64,000 bases of DNA from contig CAZUBH010000012.1 in assembly GCA_964618505.1 (NCBI GenBank), positions 2,288 to 66,287 on the forward strand, written 5' to 3'. The position numbers and the translations under genes are program-made. Of the stretch, positions 40,002-49,079 are shown piece after piece. Positions within the stretch are counted from its first letter, which is position 1. The number at the start of each line of letters is the position of its first letter. The stretch comes from an uncultured Thermoplasmatales archaeon. Its GTDB lineage: Archaea; Thermoplasmatota; E2; DHVEG-1. Below the pieces are notes generated by a model. That model did no database searches, was not told where the DNA came from, and worked only from the letters and a program-made list of their open reading frames with translations.

Positions 40002-40988
40002 CTATTTTTTCTTTCTATCTGTGATATCTTTAATTATATGAACTGATCCTGTATATTCTCCCTCTTCGTTAAAAATCGGTGATGCAGATATTTCAATATA
40101 TCTATCAATATTTGGTTCGTAAAAATCTACTGTATGCGATTTTTTAGTTTCTTTTATTTTTTCGCAAGGGCAATAAGAATGAGTCATATTTTTTCCATGA
40201 ATAATTTCATAGCATTTTTTGTTGATAACCTCTCTTTCTGAATCAAAAAATTCAATAAATGCTTTATTTGCTTTTACAATGTTGAAATTTTTATCGTGAA
40301 TTGAAATCATGTCTTTTATAGAGTTAAAAGTTGTCTCCCATTCCGTAAGTAACTTTTTCATCCTATTTTCGGCTTTTTTTTGTTCAGAGATATCTTCAAT
40401 TATTACAGTTGCACCTGGCTCTCCATCATCAAAGGTTGTTGGAATGTTTTTTACCCTAAAATACAAATTTTGATTTTCTAATTTGGTTTCAATACTAGAC
40501 TCTTTTCCATCAAGTGCTTTTTTTATCTTATCAAACATTTCAGATCTGCTAAAAAATGACGAAATAAAATCGTCAATTCTTTGCCCCATCAAGTCATCTC
40601 TTGATGTATCCAAAAAATCCAGTAAATTATCATTTATTCTTACAATTTTCAAATCCTTATCTACTAGTAAAATATAGTCAAGTGTATAGTTTAATATTGC
40701 CGAGAGAGGAATTCTCCTTGAAGGAAAATAAACCTTTGCAGGCCCAAAAGTAACCATTTCAGCTTGACCAGAAATTAATAAAATATCAAGATATTTGGCT
40801 ACAGAATTTCTGTTTATTTTCATTTCCCTAGATATATCTGTAACTGTCATTCCTCTAGGATTTTCTTTTAGAATTTTCTTAATATTTGTCAGTTCCTTTT
40901 GATAACTCTCCACATTACAAAATGTAAACTTGCATATATATGCATTACGTTTTTGTTTAACACTTTTGCCATGCAAAGAGAGAAACAT
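40002..40988 (-). CDS. transcriptional regulator with N-terminal HTH and two PAS domains
   Basis: N-terminal wHTH (RGMTVTDISREMKINRNSVAKYLDILLISGQAEM) followed by two PAS-like repeats. Confidence 0.55.
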   Translation of the reverse strand: MFLSLHGKSVKQKRNAYICKFTFCNVESYQKELTNIKKILKENPRGMTVTDISREMKINRNSVAKYLDILLISGQAEMVTFGPAKVYFPSRRIPLSAILNYTLDYILLVDKDLKIVRINDNLLDFLDTSRDDLMGQRIDDFISSFFSRSEMFDKIKKALDGKESSIETKLENQNLYFRVKNIPTTFDDGEPGATVIIEDISEQKKAENRMKKLLTEWETTFNSIKDMISIHDKNFNIVKANKAFIEFFDSEREVINKKCYEIIHGKNMTHSYCPCEKIKETKKSHTVDFYEPNIDRYIEISASPIFNEEGEYTGSVHIIKDITDRKKK

Positions 40989-41241
40989 TTATATACTAGT
41001 CATTGCATTTAGGCATTGCCAGGCATAAACGCAAGGCAATGTGGTGTTGGGATAAATGAAACTCTTTAACAAAAAACTTAAAATTTCATCTTCAAGCTTT
41101 ATCCTCCGATGCAATCCTATATACGCTGCAATAGATTTTGGGGGAGGTTTTAATCTTTTTAAGATAATAGCAGCATCCCTTAAACTACCGCATCCTTTCC
41201 TCAAAGAAAGAATATTTTCCGTCTTTCCTCCTGGAAATAAT

Positions 41242-41251
41242 GAGGTACCTC
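41242..41251. promoter_or_regulatory. perfect 10-bp palindrome GAGGTACCTC, first copy (the extended 11-mer is TGAGGTACCTC)
   Basis: Seen directly. It lies in the divergent intergenic region between the PAS regulator and the M28 peptidase gene. Confidence 0.4.
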
Positions 41252-41281
41252 TCTGTTTTGTCGCATCCCATGTCTCCTAGT

Positions 41282-41291
41282 GAGGTACCTC
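41282..41291. promoter_or_regulatory. perfect 10-bp palindrome GAGGTACCTC, second copy, 40 bp from the first and about 80 bp upstream of the 41370 ATG
   Basis: Seen directly. It is an exact repeat of the 11-mer TGAGGTACCTC. Confidence 0.4.
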
Positions 41292-41369
41292 CATCCCATC
41301 CATTTTATTATAATTATTTCTATTAAAAAAGTTTATAATATTGGAAATAACTATACTTAGTAGAGACAG

Positions 41370-42644
41370 ATGAATAAAATCAAAGTTTTAAATATTCTAA
41401 TATTATCTGCAATAATATTATTATCTGCTGTAAGTGCACAATCTAATTTTAATAAGGAAAATAAAAATTTTTCAAAAATCTCGGTCATTTATGATCTTAT
41501 AACAGAGGAATTATTAGAAGAATATCTTGAAACACTTGTTGGATATTCGCCAAGAATGACTGGGACATATGGCTGTGAAAAATCTGCAGAATATATATTT
41601 GATTCATTTGAACAAATGGGGCTTGATGTTAGATATCAAAATTGGACTTCATTTGGAAATAGATACTATCCAAGATTATTTGAAGGGAAAAATATAGAAG
41701 CAACGCTTCATGGTAATAACGCATCATCAGAAAAAGTAGTAATTTTTAATGCACATTATGACACCGTTTGGGATACGCCGGGTGCAAATGATGATGGTTC
41801 AGGCACCGCCGCTGTGCTTGCAGCAGCTTATGCTTTAAGTCAATTTGATTTTGAGCATACAATAAAGTTCGTAACATTTTCGGGTGAAGAGGTAGGTCTT
41901 TTGGGAAGTCAGGCTTATGCTAAAGAAGCTTATGAGAATAATTACGACATTTATTTGGAAATAAATGTTGATATGATAGGTAAAGCCACCTCAAAAGAGA
42001 CTGGTAGAAAAATGACACTTGTTTCAACTGAGGATGTTGAATGGTCTTTTGATATATTTGAATCAATTAATTCTTCTTATGAGCTTAATTTTACAATAAA
42101 TAAACATGGATTAAACAGAGACGATAGAGGAGGAAGTGATTACAAATCTTTTATTGACTACGGCTATGAATCTTTAATATGCTGGCAAGCTGAAGGTGAT
42201 GAATTTATGCATACCTCACAAGACGACATGTCAAATGTAAATCTTAGCTATTTAACCAATATGACAAGAATAATTGCAGGCTCAATTGGATATATTGCAG
42301 ACAGTGACACAAACTACCCACAAGTAAGAATAAATTCTCCAAAACAAGGAAAATTATATTATAAAGGCTCTGAAAAACGCAATATAAACACATTAAAATC
42401 AATTGTACTGGATGATATTTGGATATATATTGATGTAATGTATAAAGATGAAAAAATAGAAAAAGCAGAGTTTTACTTTGATAATGTATTAGAATTTGTA
42501 GACACCAAAGAGCCTTTCAAATGGCACATGAATAAATTTTCTTTGGGAAAACATAGGATAACTATTATAACTCACGATAGTAAAGGTCAGAAATCAACTG
42601 ATTATAAAGACATAATGTTTTTCAATATTTTTAAAAACACGTAA
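41370..42644 (+). CDS. secreted M28-family zinc aminopeptidase, paralogue of 37671..38966
   Basis: Signal peptide and the Zn-ligand motifs HYDTV, DDGSGTAAVL, FSGEEVGLLGS and DMIG. Confidence 0.8.
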   Translation: MNKIKVLNILILSAIILLSAVSAQSNFNKENKNFSKISVIYDLITEELLEEYLETLVGYSPRMTGTYGCEKSAEYIFDSFEQMGLDVRYQNWTSFGNRYYPRLFEGKNIEATLHGNNASSEKVVIFNAHYDTVWDTPGANDDGSGTAAVLAAAYALSQFDFEHTIKFVTFSGEEVGLLGSQAYAKEAYENNYDIYLEINVDMIGKATSKETGRKMTLVSTEDVEWSFDIFESINSSYELNFTINKHGLNRDDRGGSDYKSFIDYGYESLICWQAEGDEFMHTSQDDMSNVNLSYLTNMTRIIAGSIGYIADSDTNYPQVRINSPKQGKLYYKGSEKRNINTLKSIVLDDIWIYIDVMYKDEKIEKAEFYFDNVLEFVDTKEPFKWHMNKFSLGKHRITIITHDSKGQKSTDYKDIMFFNIFKNT

Positions 42645-42684
42645 TCTTTTTTTAAATCATATCAAATTCTTTTTTAATAGCAAA

Positions 42685-44664
42685 GTGCATAAGAGTTTAG
42701 AAATGAGCAGAACACTTTCGTCACTTGACATCTATGTAATTGTATCGGAGCTTCAAGAACTCTTAGGAAGTTACGTAGATAAAATATATCAACCTACTCA
42801 TAACGAGGTATTAATTAAAGTAAATAATAAAAAAACAGCAAAAAAAGAGGCAATATATGCTTCTTGCAGTGAATTTTTGTGCCTCACATCAAAAAAAATT
42901 GATGTACCTCAAAAACCGCCAAGTTTTGCAATGGCACTTAGAAAATATATTTCCAATGGAATTATTACAAAAATATGGCAGCATGAATTTGATAGAATAA
43001 TAAAAATTAATGTTAGTAAAAAAGATGGGGAATATACTCTAATTTTTGAGATTTTTAAAAACGGCAATATTATTCTTTTAAGACCTGACGGCACAATATT
43101 AATTCCTTTAATTACACAAAAATGGTCACATAGAATCATAAAAGGAAAACAAAAATATGAATCTCCCCCCTCGCAGTTAAACACATTTGATTTATCATTT
43201 GAGGGTTTTTCAAATATAATTAAAAACAGTGACAAAGATTTAGTAAGAACTCTTGCAGTTGATATAAATTTAAGTGGAAAATATGCTGAAGAGGTTTGCT
43301 TTAGAGCAGATTTTAGCAAAAACATTAAAACAAGTGATTTGAGTCCAAATCAAATTAGCGAAATTTTTGAGTCGTTACGTAGCTTTTTAGCAAAGTTTCA
43401 AAATAAAAATTTCCGGCCCAATTATGTTTCAAAAGAGGGTAAAATAATAGAGATTTGTCCTGTTATTTTCAAGAGCTATCCAGATTATGAAATAAAAAAA
43501 TTAGATAGCTTTTGTAGAGGTTATGAAAAATTCATAGAAAAAAGAGAGGTTAAAACAAAACGTCAAAGCAAACAAGATGAAAAACTTGGAAAGCTTAAAA
43601 GAATGATTGATCAACAAAAAAAAACCATAGAAAAATTTGAAAAAAAGATAGTTGATAAAAAAAAGCAAGGGGACGTCTTATACCTAAATTATCAAAAAAT
43701 TGAAGAAATACTTAACAAAATTACAGATGCTTTAAAGTTAAAAGATAAAACAGAAGTTATAAAAGAAATAAACAAAAATGATTTTGTAAAAATCTTTGAC
43801 CCTACATATGATAAATTTATATTAATATTAAAAGATGAAAAAGGAAAAAATATAGAAATAAATCTTGATTTTAGAAAAAGCGTATCAGAAAACGCAGAAG
43901 ATGCATATGAGTCTAGTAAAAAATTCCAAGATAAAATTCAAGGAGCAAAAGACGCATTAAAAAAAACAGAAGAAAATTTAGATAAATTAAAAGAAAAAGA
44001 AGTTTTAAAGCAGGAGAAAAATAAGGAAAAATCTAATCAAAAAAATTTCTGGTTTGAAAGATTTAGATGGTTTATATCATCTGAAGGAAATATAGTTGTT
44101 GCAGGAAAAGATGCGAAAAGTAATGAAATAGTTGTAAAAAAATATCTTAACGATGGGGATAGATACTGTCATGCGGATGTTCATGGAGCTCCTAGTTGCG
44201 TTATAAAAAACAAAAATATTGAAAATGATACTATAAAAATTTCTGAAAAAACACTAGAAGAAGCATGCATTTTTGCAGCATCTTACTCAAAGGCATGGAA
44301 TCAATTTGCAGAAGCACAATCATATTGGGTTTTACCAGAGCAAGTTAGCAGAACACCAGAAAGTGGAGAATATCTCCCAAAAGGAGCTTTTATTATTAGA
44401 GGAAAAAGAAATCATTTTAGATGTAAACTTGAAATTGCAATTGGAGAGATAAAAATAAAAGATGTGAAAAAAATTATGGCAGGTCCAATAAAGGCAGTTA
44501 ACTCAAAATCTGAAAAATACGTGATAATTAATCCTGGACAAGAAAAGAAAAATGTTGTAGCAAATAAGCTTTCCAAAATATTTAATGTACAAATTGAAGA
44601 TATACAAAAAATACTGCCCCCTGGAGACATAAATATCGTAAAATCAGAAGGGATCAAAATATAG
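42685..44664 (+). CDS. NFACT-family protein (archaeal Rqc2/NEMF/FbpA homologue) with NFACT-N, coiled-coil and NFACT-R (DUF814) domains
   Basis: The C-terminal FERFRWFISSEGNIVVAGKDAKSNEIVVKKYLNDGDRYCHADVHGAPSCVIKN is the DUF814/NFACT-R signature. A long central coiled coil is present. Confidence 0.7.
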   Translation: MHKSLEMSRTLSSLDIYVIVSELQELLGSYVDKIYQPTHNEVLIKVNNKKTAKKEAIYASCSEFLCLTSKKIDVPQKPPSFAMALRKYISNGIITKIWQHEFDRIIKINVSKKDGEYTLIFEIFKNGNIILLRPDGTILIPLITQKWSHRIIKGKQKYESPPSQLNTFDLSFEGFSNIIKNSDKDLVRTLAVDINLSGKYAEEVCFRADFSKNIKTSDLSPNQISEIFESLRSFLAKFQNKNFRPNYVSKEGKIIEICPVIFKSYPDYEIKKLDSFCRGYEKFIEKREVKTKRQSKQDEKLGKLKRMIDQQKKTIEKFEKKIVDKKKQGDVLYLNYQKIEEILNKITDALKLKDKTEVIKEINKNDFVKIFDPTYDKFILILKDEKGKNIEINLDFRKSVSENAEDAYESSKKFQDKIQGAKDALKKTEENLDKLKEKEVLKQEKNKEKSNQKNFWFERFRWFISSEGNIVVAGKDAKSNEIVVKKYLNDGDRYCHADVHGAPSCVIKNKNIENDTIKISEKTLEEACIFAASYSKAWNQFAEAQSYWVLPEQVSRTPESGEYLPKGAFIIRGKRNHFRCKLEIAIGEIKIKDVKKIMAGPIKAVNSKSEKYVIINPGQEKKNVVANKLSKIFNVQIEDIQKILPPGDINIVKSEGIKI

Positions 44665-45717
44665 GTGAAAACATTGAAAGTTTTGTTTAAAGATCCGAAA
44701 AATAAAGAAATTAAACTTGTTGCAGAAAATCTTGACGATATTTGGCATTTATACAATTTAATTGAAGAAGGAGACCTTGTAAGGGCGGTATGCTTTAGAA
44801 CAGATGACCAAAAGGACGATAAAATAAGATCTAAAAAATCAGAAAAAAAGAAAATGAAGCTTGGGATCAGGATAGAAAAAATAAACTTTCATGAGTTTTC
44901 AGATAGACTTAGATTGCATGGAACAATTGAAGAAGGTCCCCAAGACCTTGGATCTTATCACACTCTCAATATTGAAGCAGATAAAATGAATAGTTTTTCT
45001 ATTGTAAAAGACAATTGGAAACACCATCATTTAGAAAGAATTGATGAAGCAGTAAAACAAAGAAAACAGCCACTTCTTATCTTTGTCTCTTTGGATGAAG
45101 ATGAAGCTACTGTAGCGATTCTTAGACAGAGCGGGATACAAAAAATTGCAGATATTAGCTCAAAAAAATCTGGAAAAATGTATGATTGCCAAGATACATC
45201 AAAAGACTATTTTGGCGAAATATTCTCGGTTTTAAAGACTGTAAAAAAAGAGGAGTCCCCAGTTGTGGTAATCGGACCTGGCTTTACAAGAGAACATTTT
45301 ATTAAAGAAGGTAAGCAAAAATATCCTGATATATTTGAAAATTGTAGAACTCATGCAACAGGGCATTCGGAAATGAATGGAATAAATGAGGCGATAAAAC
45401 AAGGCGTTGTTGATCAAATTACAAAAGAAAATAGAGTCGCAATAGAAACTAAATTTGTTGAAAAGGTATTTGAAGAAATTAAAAAAGATGGTTTAGTATC
45501 ATATGGAGAATCTCAAGTTGTTGATGCTCTAGAAAATGGTGCTGTTGAAAGACTTTTAATTTCTGATTTGCTTGTTAGAAGAGATAATGGAATAAAAATA
45601 CTTGAAATTGCAAAAAATACTAACAGTAAATTTACCATAATTAATACAATGCACGAAGCAGGTAAAAAATTTGAAGGAATTGGTGGTATTGCTGCTCTAC
45701 TTCGTTTTAAAATTTGA
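44665..45717 (+). CDS. pelA: Pelota / aDom34 (mRNA surveillance, ribosome rescue factor)
   Basis: GTG start immediately after the NFACT stop. There is an N-terminal Sm-like domain, a central domain and a C-terminal eRF1-like domain (GGIAALLRF tail). Confidence 0.75.
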   Translation: MKTLKVLFKDPKNKEIKLVAENLDDIWHLYNLIEEGDLVRAVCFRTDDQKDDKIRSKKSEKKKMKLGIRIEKINFHEFSDRLRLHGTIEEGPQDLGSYHTLNIEADKMNSFSIVKDNWKHHHLERIDEAVKQRKQPLLIFVSLDEDEATVAILRQSGIQKIADISSKKSGKMYDCQDTSKDYFGEIFSVLKTVKKEESPVVVIGPGFTREHFIKEGKQKYPDIFENCRTHATGHSEMNGINEAIKQGVVDQITKENRVAIETKFVEKVFEEIKKDGLVSYGESQVVDALENGAVERLLISDLLVRRDNGIKILEIAKNTNSKFTIINTMHEAGKKFEGIGGIAALLRFKI

Positions 45718-46494
45718 TTATATCATCAAACGACCATATGTCATTGATTTATAAAATTCTGACAATGCCGTTTCATATATTTCGTCAAATGGATCTGGGT
45801 CATCTCCAGAATCGTTATCACTAGTATCTTTTGTATCATCTTCCATTTCAACAAGATATGGATCATAATAAGAATATGTAATATCTATTGTGAAATCATT
45901 ACCAGATTCGCCAAGTTTTTTAAGAATTCTTATTTCACCTATATCACAAATTACTGTTATTTTAAAATCTTCATTTACCCATGTGTCGTCATAGTATGGC
46001 TCTTCCATTAGCATAGACTCTGCTTCTGACATGTCTTCTGCCTCAATTATATCTGTTGAAGGTATTCCATCAACATTTATGATGATTTCAAAATTACCTT
46101 CTTTTGTCTGCTTTTCACTGGTAGCAGAACCCTCATAAGTCATGCCATCAGGAGTTTCTATTTGTACTGTTATTGTATCTAGACCAAATCTACCAAGGAG
46201 AGGAGCTTTGTCATCAATCCAACTAACATTGAATACAATTTCATTTAAATTTCCTTTATTAAATGAAACGGTCCCTTCATAAGGAGTATTTTTATCAGCA
46301 AAATCTGAAATTGTTTGAGATCCTGATTTAAGATCCCAGTTTACCTCATACATTTCTAATTTGTCATTATCTTTTGAATCGTCATCGCCATTGTCTTCAG
46401 GTGCTTCATACAAAGCAATACCGATTCCAGCAATTACAATTACAGCTACAGCAATAAGAATAATCAGTTTATCGTTTTTTTTCAGGTTTATCAT
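45718..46494 (-). CDS. membrane-anchored, highly acidic extracytoplasmic protein of unknown function
   Basis: A single N-terminal TM (LIILIAVAVIVIAGIGIALY) then about 230 aa rich in D/E. The C-terminal tail is DTSDNDSGDDPDPFDEIYE. Confidence 0.4.
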   Translation of the reverse strand: MINLKKNDKLIILIAVAVIVIAGIGIALYEAPEDNGDDDSKDNDKLEMYEVNWDLKSGSQTISDFADKNTPYEGTVSFNKGNLNEIVFNVSWIDDKAPLLGRFGLDTITVQIETPDGMTYEGSATSEKQTKEGNFEIIINVDGIPSTDIIEAEDMSEAESMLMEEPYYDDTWVNEDFKITVICDIGEIRILKKLGESGNDFTIDITYSYYDPYLVEMEDDTKDTSDNDSGDDPDPFDEIYETALSEFYKSMTYGRLMI

Positions 46495-46611
46495 AGATAC
46501 ACCTTTATTATTTAATTTATATTTATCTGTAAATATAAGTATGTTTCTTCCTTTATTAAATTTTTCCTTTATTTTATATAAATATGCAACTTTAAATCAT
46601 AAAATAAAAAT

Positions 46612-47619
46612 CTAATCTGTTATAATCGAAATAAATTGCCCGCATTTGTCGCATTTATTATTTTTTAAACCAATATTATCTGAAGAAAAACCTTGCCTTT
46701 TTATAATCAAATTACCGCAATTCGGACAAATTGTATTTTCATATTCGAAATTGGGAATATTTCCCAAATAAACGAAATTAATTCCAATTGATTTTGAAAT
46801 TTTATAGATTTCTTCAAGAGTATTTATTGGTGTTGGAGAAAATTTATTCATTTTGTACTGTGGATGAAATCTAGAAAAATGCAAAGGAGTGTTATTGCCA
46901 AGATTGTTGGCAACCCAATTACAATAATTTTCAATTTCGCTTTTTGAGTCATTTAAACCTGGTATTACAAGATAAGTTAGTTCTATGTGAATATCTAAAT
47001 CTTTAGCCATTTTGCAGGTTTCAAGAACTGGCTTAAGCTTGGCTTTGCAAATTTTTTTATAAAAATCTTGGTTAAATGCTTTAACATCTATATTCATAGC
47101 ATCAAGATAATTTGAAATTTCTTCCAGAGGTTTTTTAGTAATATACCCATTTGTCACATAAACTGTATACAATCCATTTTGTTTGGCAAGTTTAGCACAA
47201 TCATAAGTATATTCGTGCCAAATAGTTGGTTCATTGTAAGTCCAAGCAATTCCTCTGCAATTGCTATTTTTTGCAATTTCTATAATTTCTTCGGGTTTCT
47301 TTTCCTCTAATAAATAGTCATTATTGTTTGCTGTTGAAATTCCATAATTTTGACAATTTTCACATTTAAAGTTACATCCCACAGAACCCAAAGAAAGAAC
47401 ATTTGATCCGGGATAAAAATGAAACAATGGTTTTTTTTCTATTGGATCAATGGCAACAGATGAGCAGGAACTATAAATTAAAGAATAGAGCTTTTCTTTT
47501 TCGTTTTTTCTAACACCACAAATACCTACGTTATCGGGCTTGATTATACACTTATGATTGCATAAAAAACATTGTACATTTTCATTTTGGGGCTTGTAAA
47601 ACTTTGCTTCTACTCTCAT
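46612..47619 (-). CDS. AmmeMemoRadiSam-system-type radical SAM enzyme (PFL-activase-like) with C-terminal zinc ribbon
   Basis: The N-terminal QCFLCNHKCIIKPDNVGICGVR auxiliary Cys motif and the canonical SVGCNFKCENCQN radical SAM motif are typical of TIGR04337-like enzymes. The C-terminus carries CPNCG...CDKCG. Confidence 0.65.
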   Translation of the reverse strand: MRVEAKFYKPQNENVQCFLCNHKCIIKPDNVGICGVRKNEKEKLYSLIYSSCSSVAIDPIEKKPLFHFYPGSNVLSLGSVGCNFKCENCQNYGISTANNNDYLLEEKKPEEIIEIAKNSNCRGIAWTYNEPTIWHEYTYDCAKLAKQNGLYTVYVTNGYITKKPLEEISNYLDAMNIDVKAFNQDFYKKICKAKLKPVLETCKMAKDLDIHIELTYLVIPGLNDSKSEIENYCNWVANNLGNNTPLHFSRFHPQYKMNKFSPTPINTLEEIYKISKSIGINFVYLGNIPNFEYENTICPNCGNLIIKRQGFSSDNIGLKNNKCDKCGQFISIITD

Positions 47620-47646
47620 TAAGGTTTTTCATTGCTTCAGTACTTA

Positions 47647-48960
47647 TTAACCTTCTCCCAAATGCATTTCTCTAAGACTTAAAATAAAACCTCTTCTGGG
47701 ATATCTATCGTTTATTTGGGGTTGCATTTCTTCAAAATCTTTAAAGTCTTCATCATTTTCCAAGATATATTTTGCATAGAAAAATGCTTCTTCAACAGAC
47801 ACCATGTCGTTTTTAAATAGACCTAATTGACGTTGAATTCCTCTGCTAAACAAACCGGATTTGTATCCATCTGCATTACCTGTTTTCAAGCCTTCAAACC
47901 ATAAAAGAGAAAATATTGGGCCTCTCAAAGTGCTAGTAAATCCTTTCCTAAATTTACTAGTACTTGAAATCACTATTCTGCCATTTTGAGGTATTTTTGA
48001 TCTGAATAAAATTGACGTTGGAAAGTTAAGTATTGTTTTATCAGCAAATCCGCCACAAAAACAGGCATCAATTATTATACTAACCTTGCTAGATTTTAAA
48101 GGTAGCAAAATCTGACCAAAATCTCTATCAGAGAGAATGTCATCCCACAAAAATATCTGACTTCTCTCAAAAAGTTTTCCACCAGCAAGTGAATCATTGG
48201 AATCCCCATAACCGTGGCTAAACATCCAAATGAAAACTTCGCTATCTCTATATCTGTTTGATTCGTTTATTATTCTATCAAATGTTTTTAATACATTATT
48301 TTTTGTTGCCCCGCCATATGTAAATGCATAATCATGTTGTCTTTGCTGCAAGGTTTCAATTTTTTCACCATATCCGTTATCTGATCTAATCCAACCATCG
48401 TCAAATAAGATGACAATATTTGAAGTTGCATAATTTAAACTTTCAACAAAATAAGCTGCCATTTCTTCTGCCAGATATAGTCCACCGTTGCCAAGTTTAC
48501 TTTCATTTTCTTCAGGAAAGTTTGCAGTTGCAATAAATACGGCATACTTATGAGAGTCAATTTCAACAGAGCGAGGGTTATCAACTTCAATTTGAATTTT
48601 TTCAATTTTTGAAAAATCTATTCCATCCCAAGCCCTAACACTTATTGAGTAAACGCCATCCAAAAGCTTGTAAGTGTCCCAATCAAAGCTCCATTTTATT
48701 GTTCCTTGAGCTTTTTTCCAATCTCCATCCCCCATCTTAACTTCTATTTTTTTGATTTGCTCATTTCCATCTAAATCATAAGAAGTGCCACTTATCATGA
48801 CAAGACTTGAAACTTTCATTTTGTCAATAGGATAATTGATTTCTACTACGGGTTTTTCATTTTTATTTTTAGAATCATCCTCTAAACAACCCGAAAATGT
48901 TGTAACTAAAAGTAGTAAAACGAAAAGTATTGCCAGCAGCTTTTTTTTCATCACTCTCAT
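47647..48960 (-). CDS. secreted or lipoprotein-like caspase-fold cysteine peptidase, C13 legumain/GPI-transamidase-like
   Basis: Signal peptide with SGC lipobox-like motif. There is an N-terminal Ig-like beta-sandwich. The catalytic His is in WMFSHGYG and the Cys in IIDACFCGGF, as in legumain-family His-Gly...Ala-Cys dyads. Confidence 0.6.
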   Translation of the reverse strand: MRVMKKKLLAILFVLLLLVTTFSGCLEDDSKNKNEKPVVEINYPIDKMKVSSLVMISGTSYDLDGNEQIKKIEVKMGDGDWKKAQGTIKWSFDWDTYKLLDGVYSISVRAWDGIDFSKIEKIQIEVDNPRSVEIDSHKYAVFIATANFPEENESKLGNGGLYLAEEMAAYFVESLNYATSNIVILFDDGWIRSDNGYGEKIETLQQRQHDYAFTYGGATKNNVLKTFDRIINESNRYRDSEVFIWMFSHGYGDSNDSLAGGKLFERSQIFLWDDILSDRDFGQILLPLKSSKVSIIIDACFCGGFADKTILNFPTSILFRSKIPQNGRIVISSTSKFRKGFTSTLRGPIFSLLWFEGLKTGNADGYKSGLFSRGIQRQLGLFKNDMVSVEEAFFYAKYILENDEDFKDFEEMQPQINDRYPRRGFILSLREMHLGEG

Positions 48961-49079
48961 TAATATATTTATTATAGCTGGTTTAAAATATTTATTTTAC
49001 ATTTATTACCCATTTAAAATATTCAAAAGATTTATCATAATAATATCGGTTATGTCTCGTATAAATTGGGGCGATATAT

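Noticed and set aside
40989-41280. Two overlapping small ORFs (71 aa on the minus strand, 74 aa on the plus strand) in the regulator/peptidase intergenic region
   Set aside because: They overlap each other on opposite strands, have no motifs, and cover the duplicated palindrome. The region is better explained as a divergent promoter/operator region.
41242-41291. GGTACC (KpnI site) palindromes as evidence of a restriction-modification system
   Set aside because: No methyltransferase or endonuclease genes are nearby. A regulatory dyad is the simpler reading.
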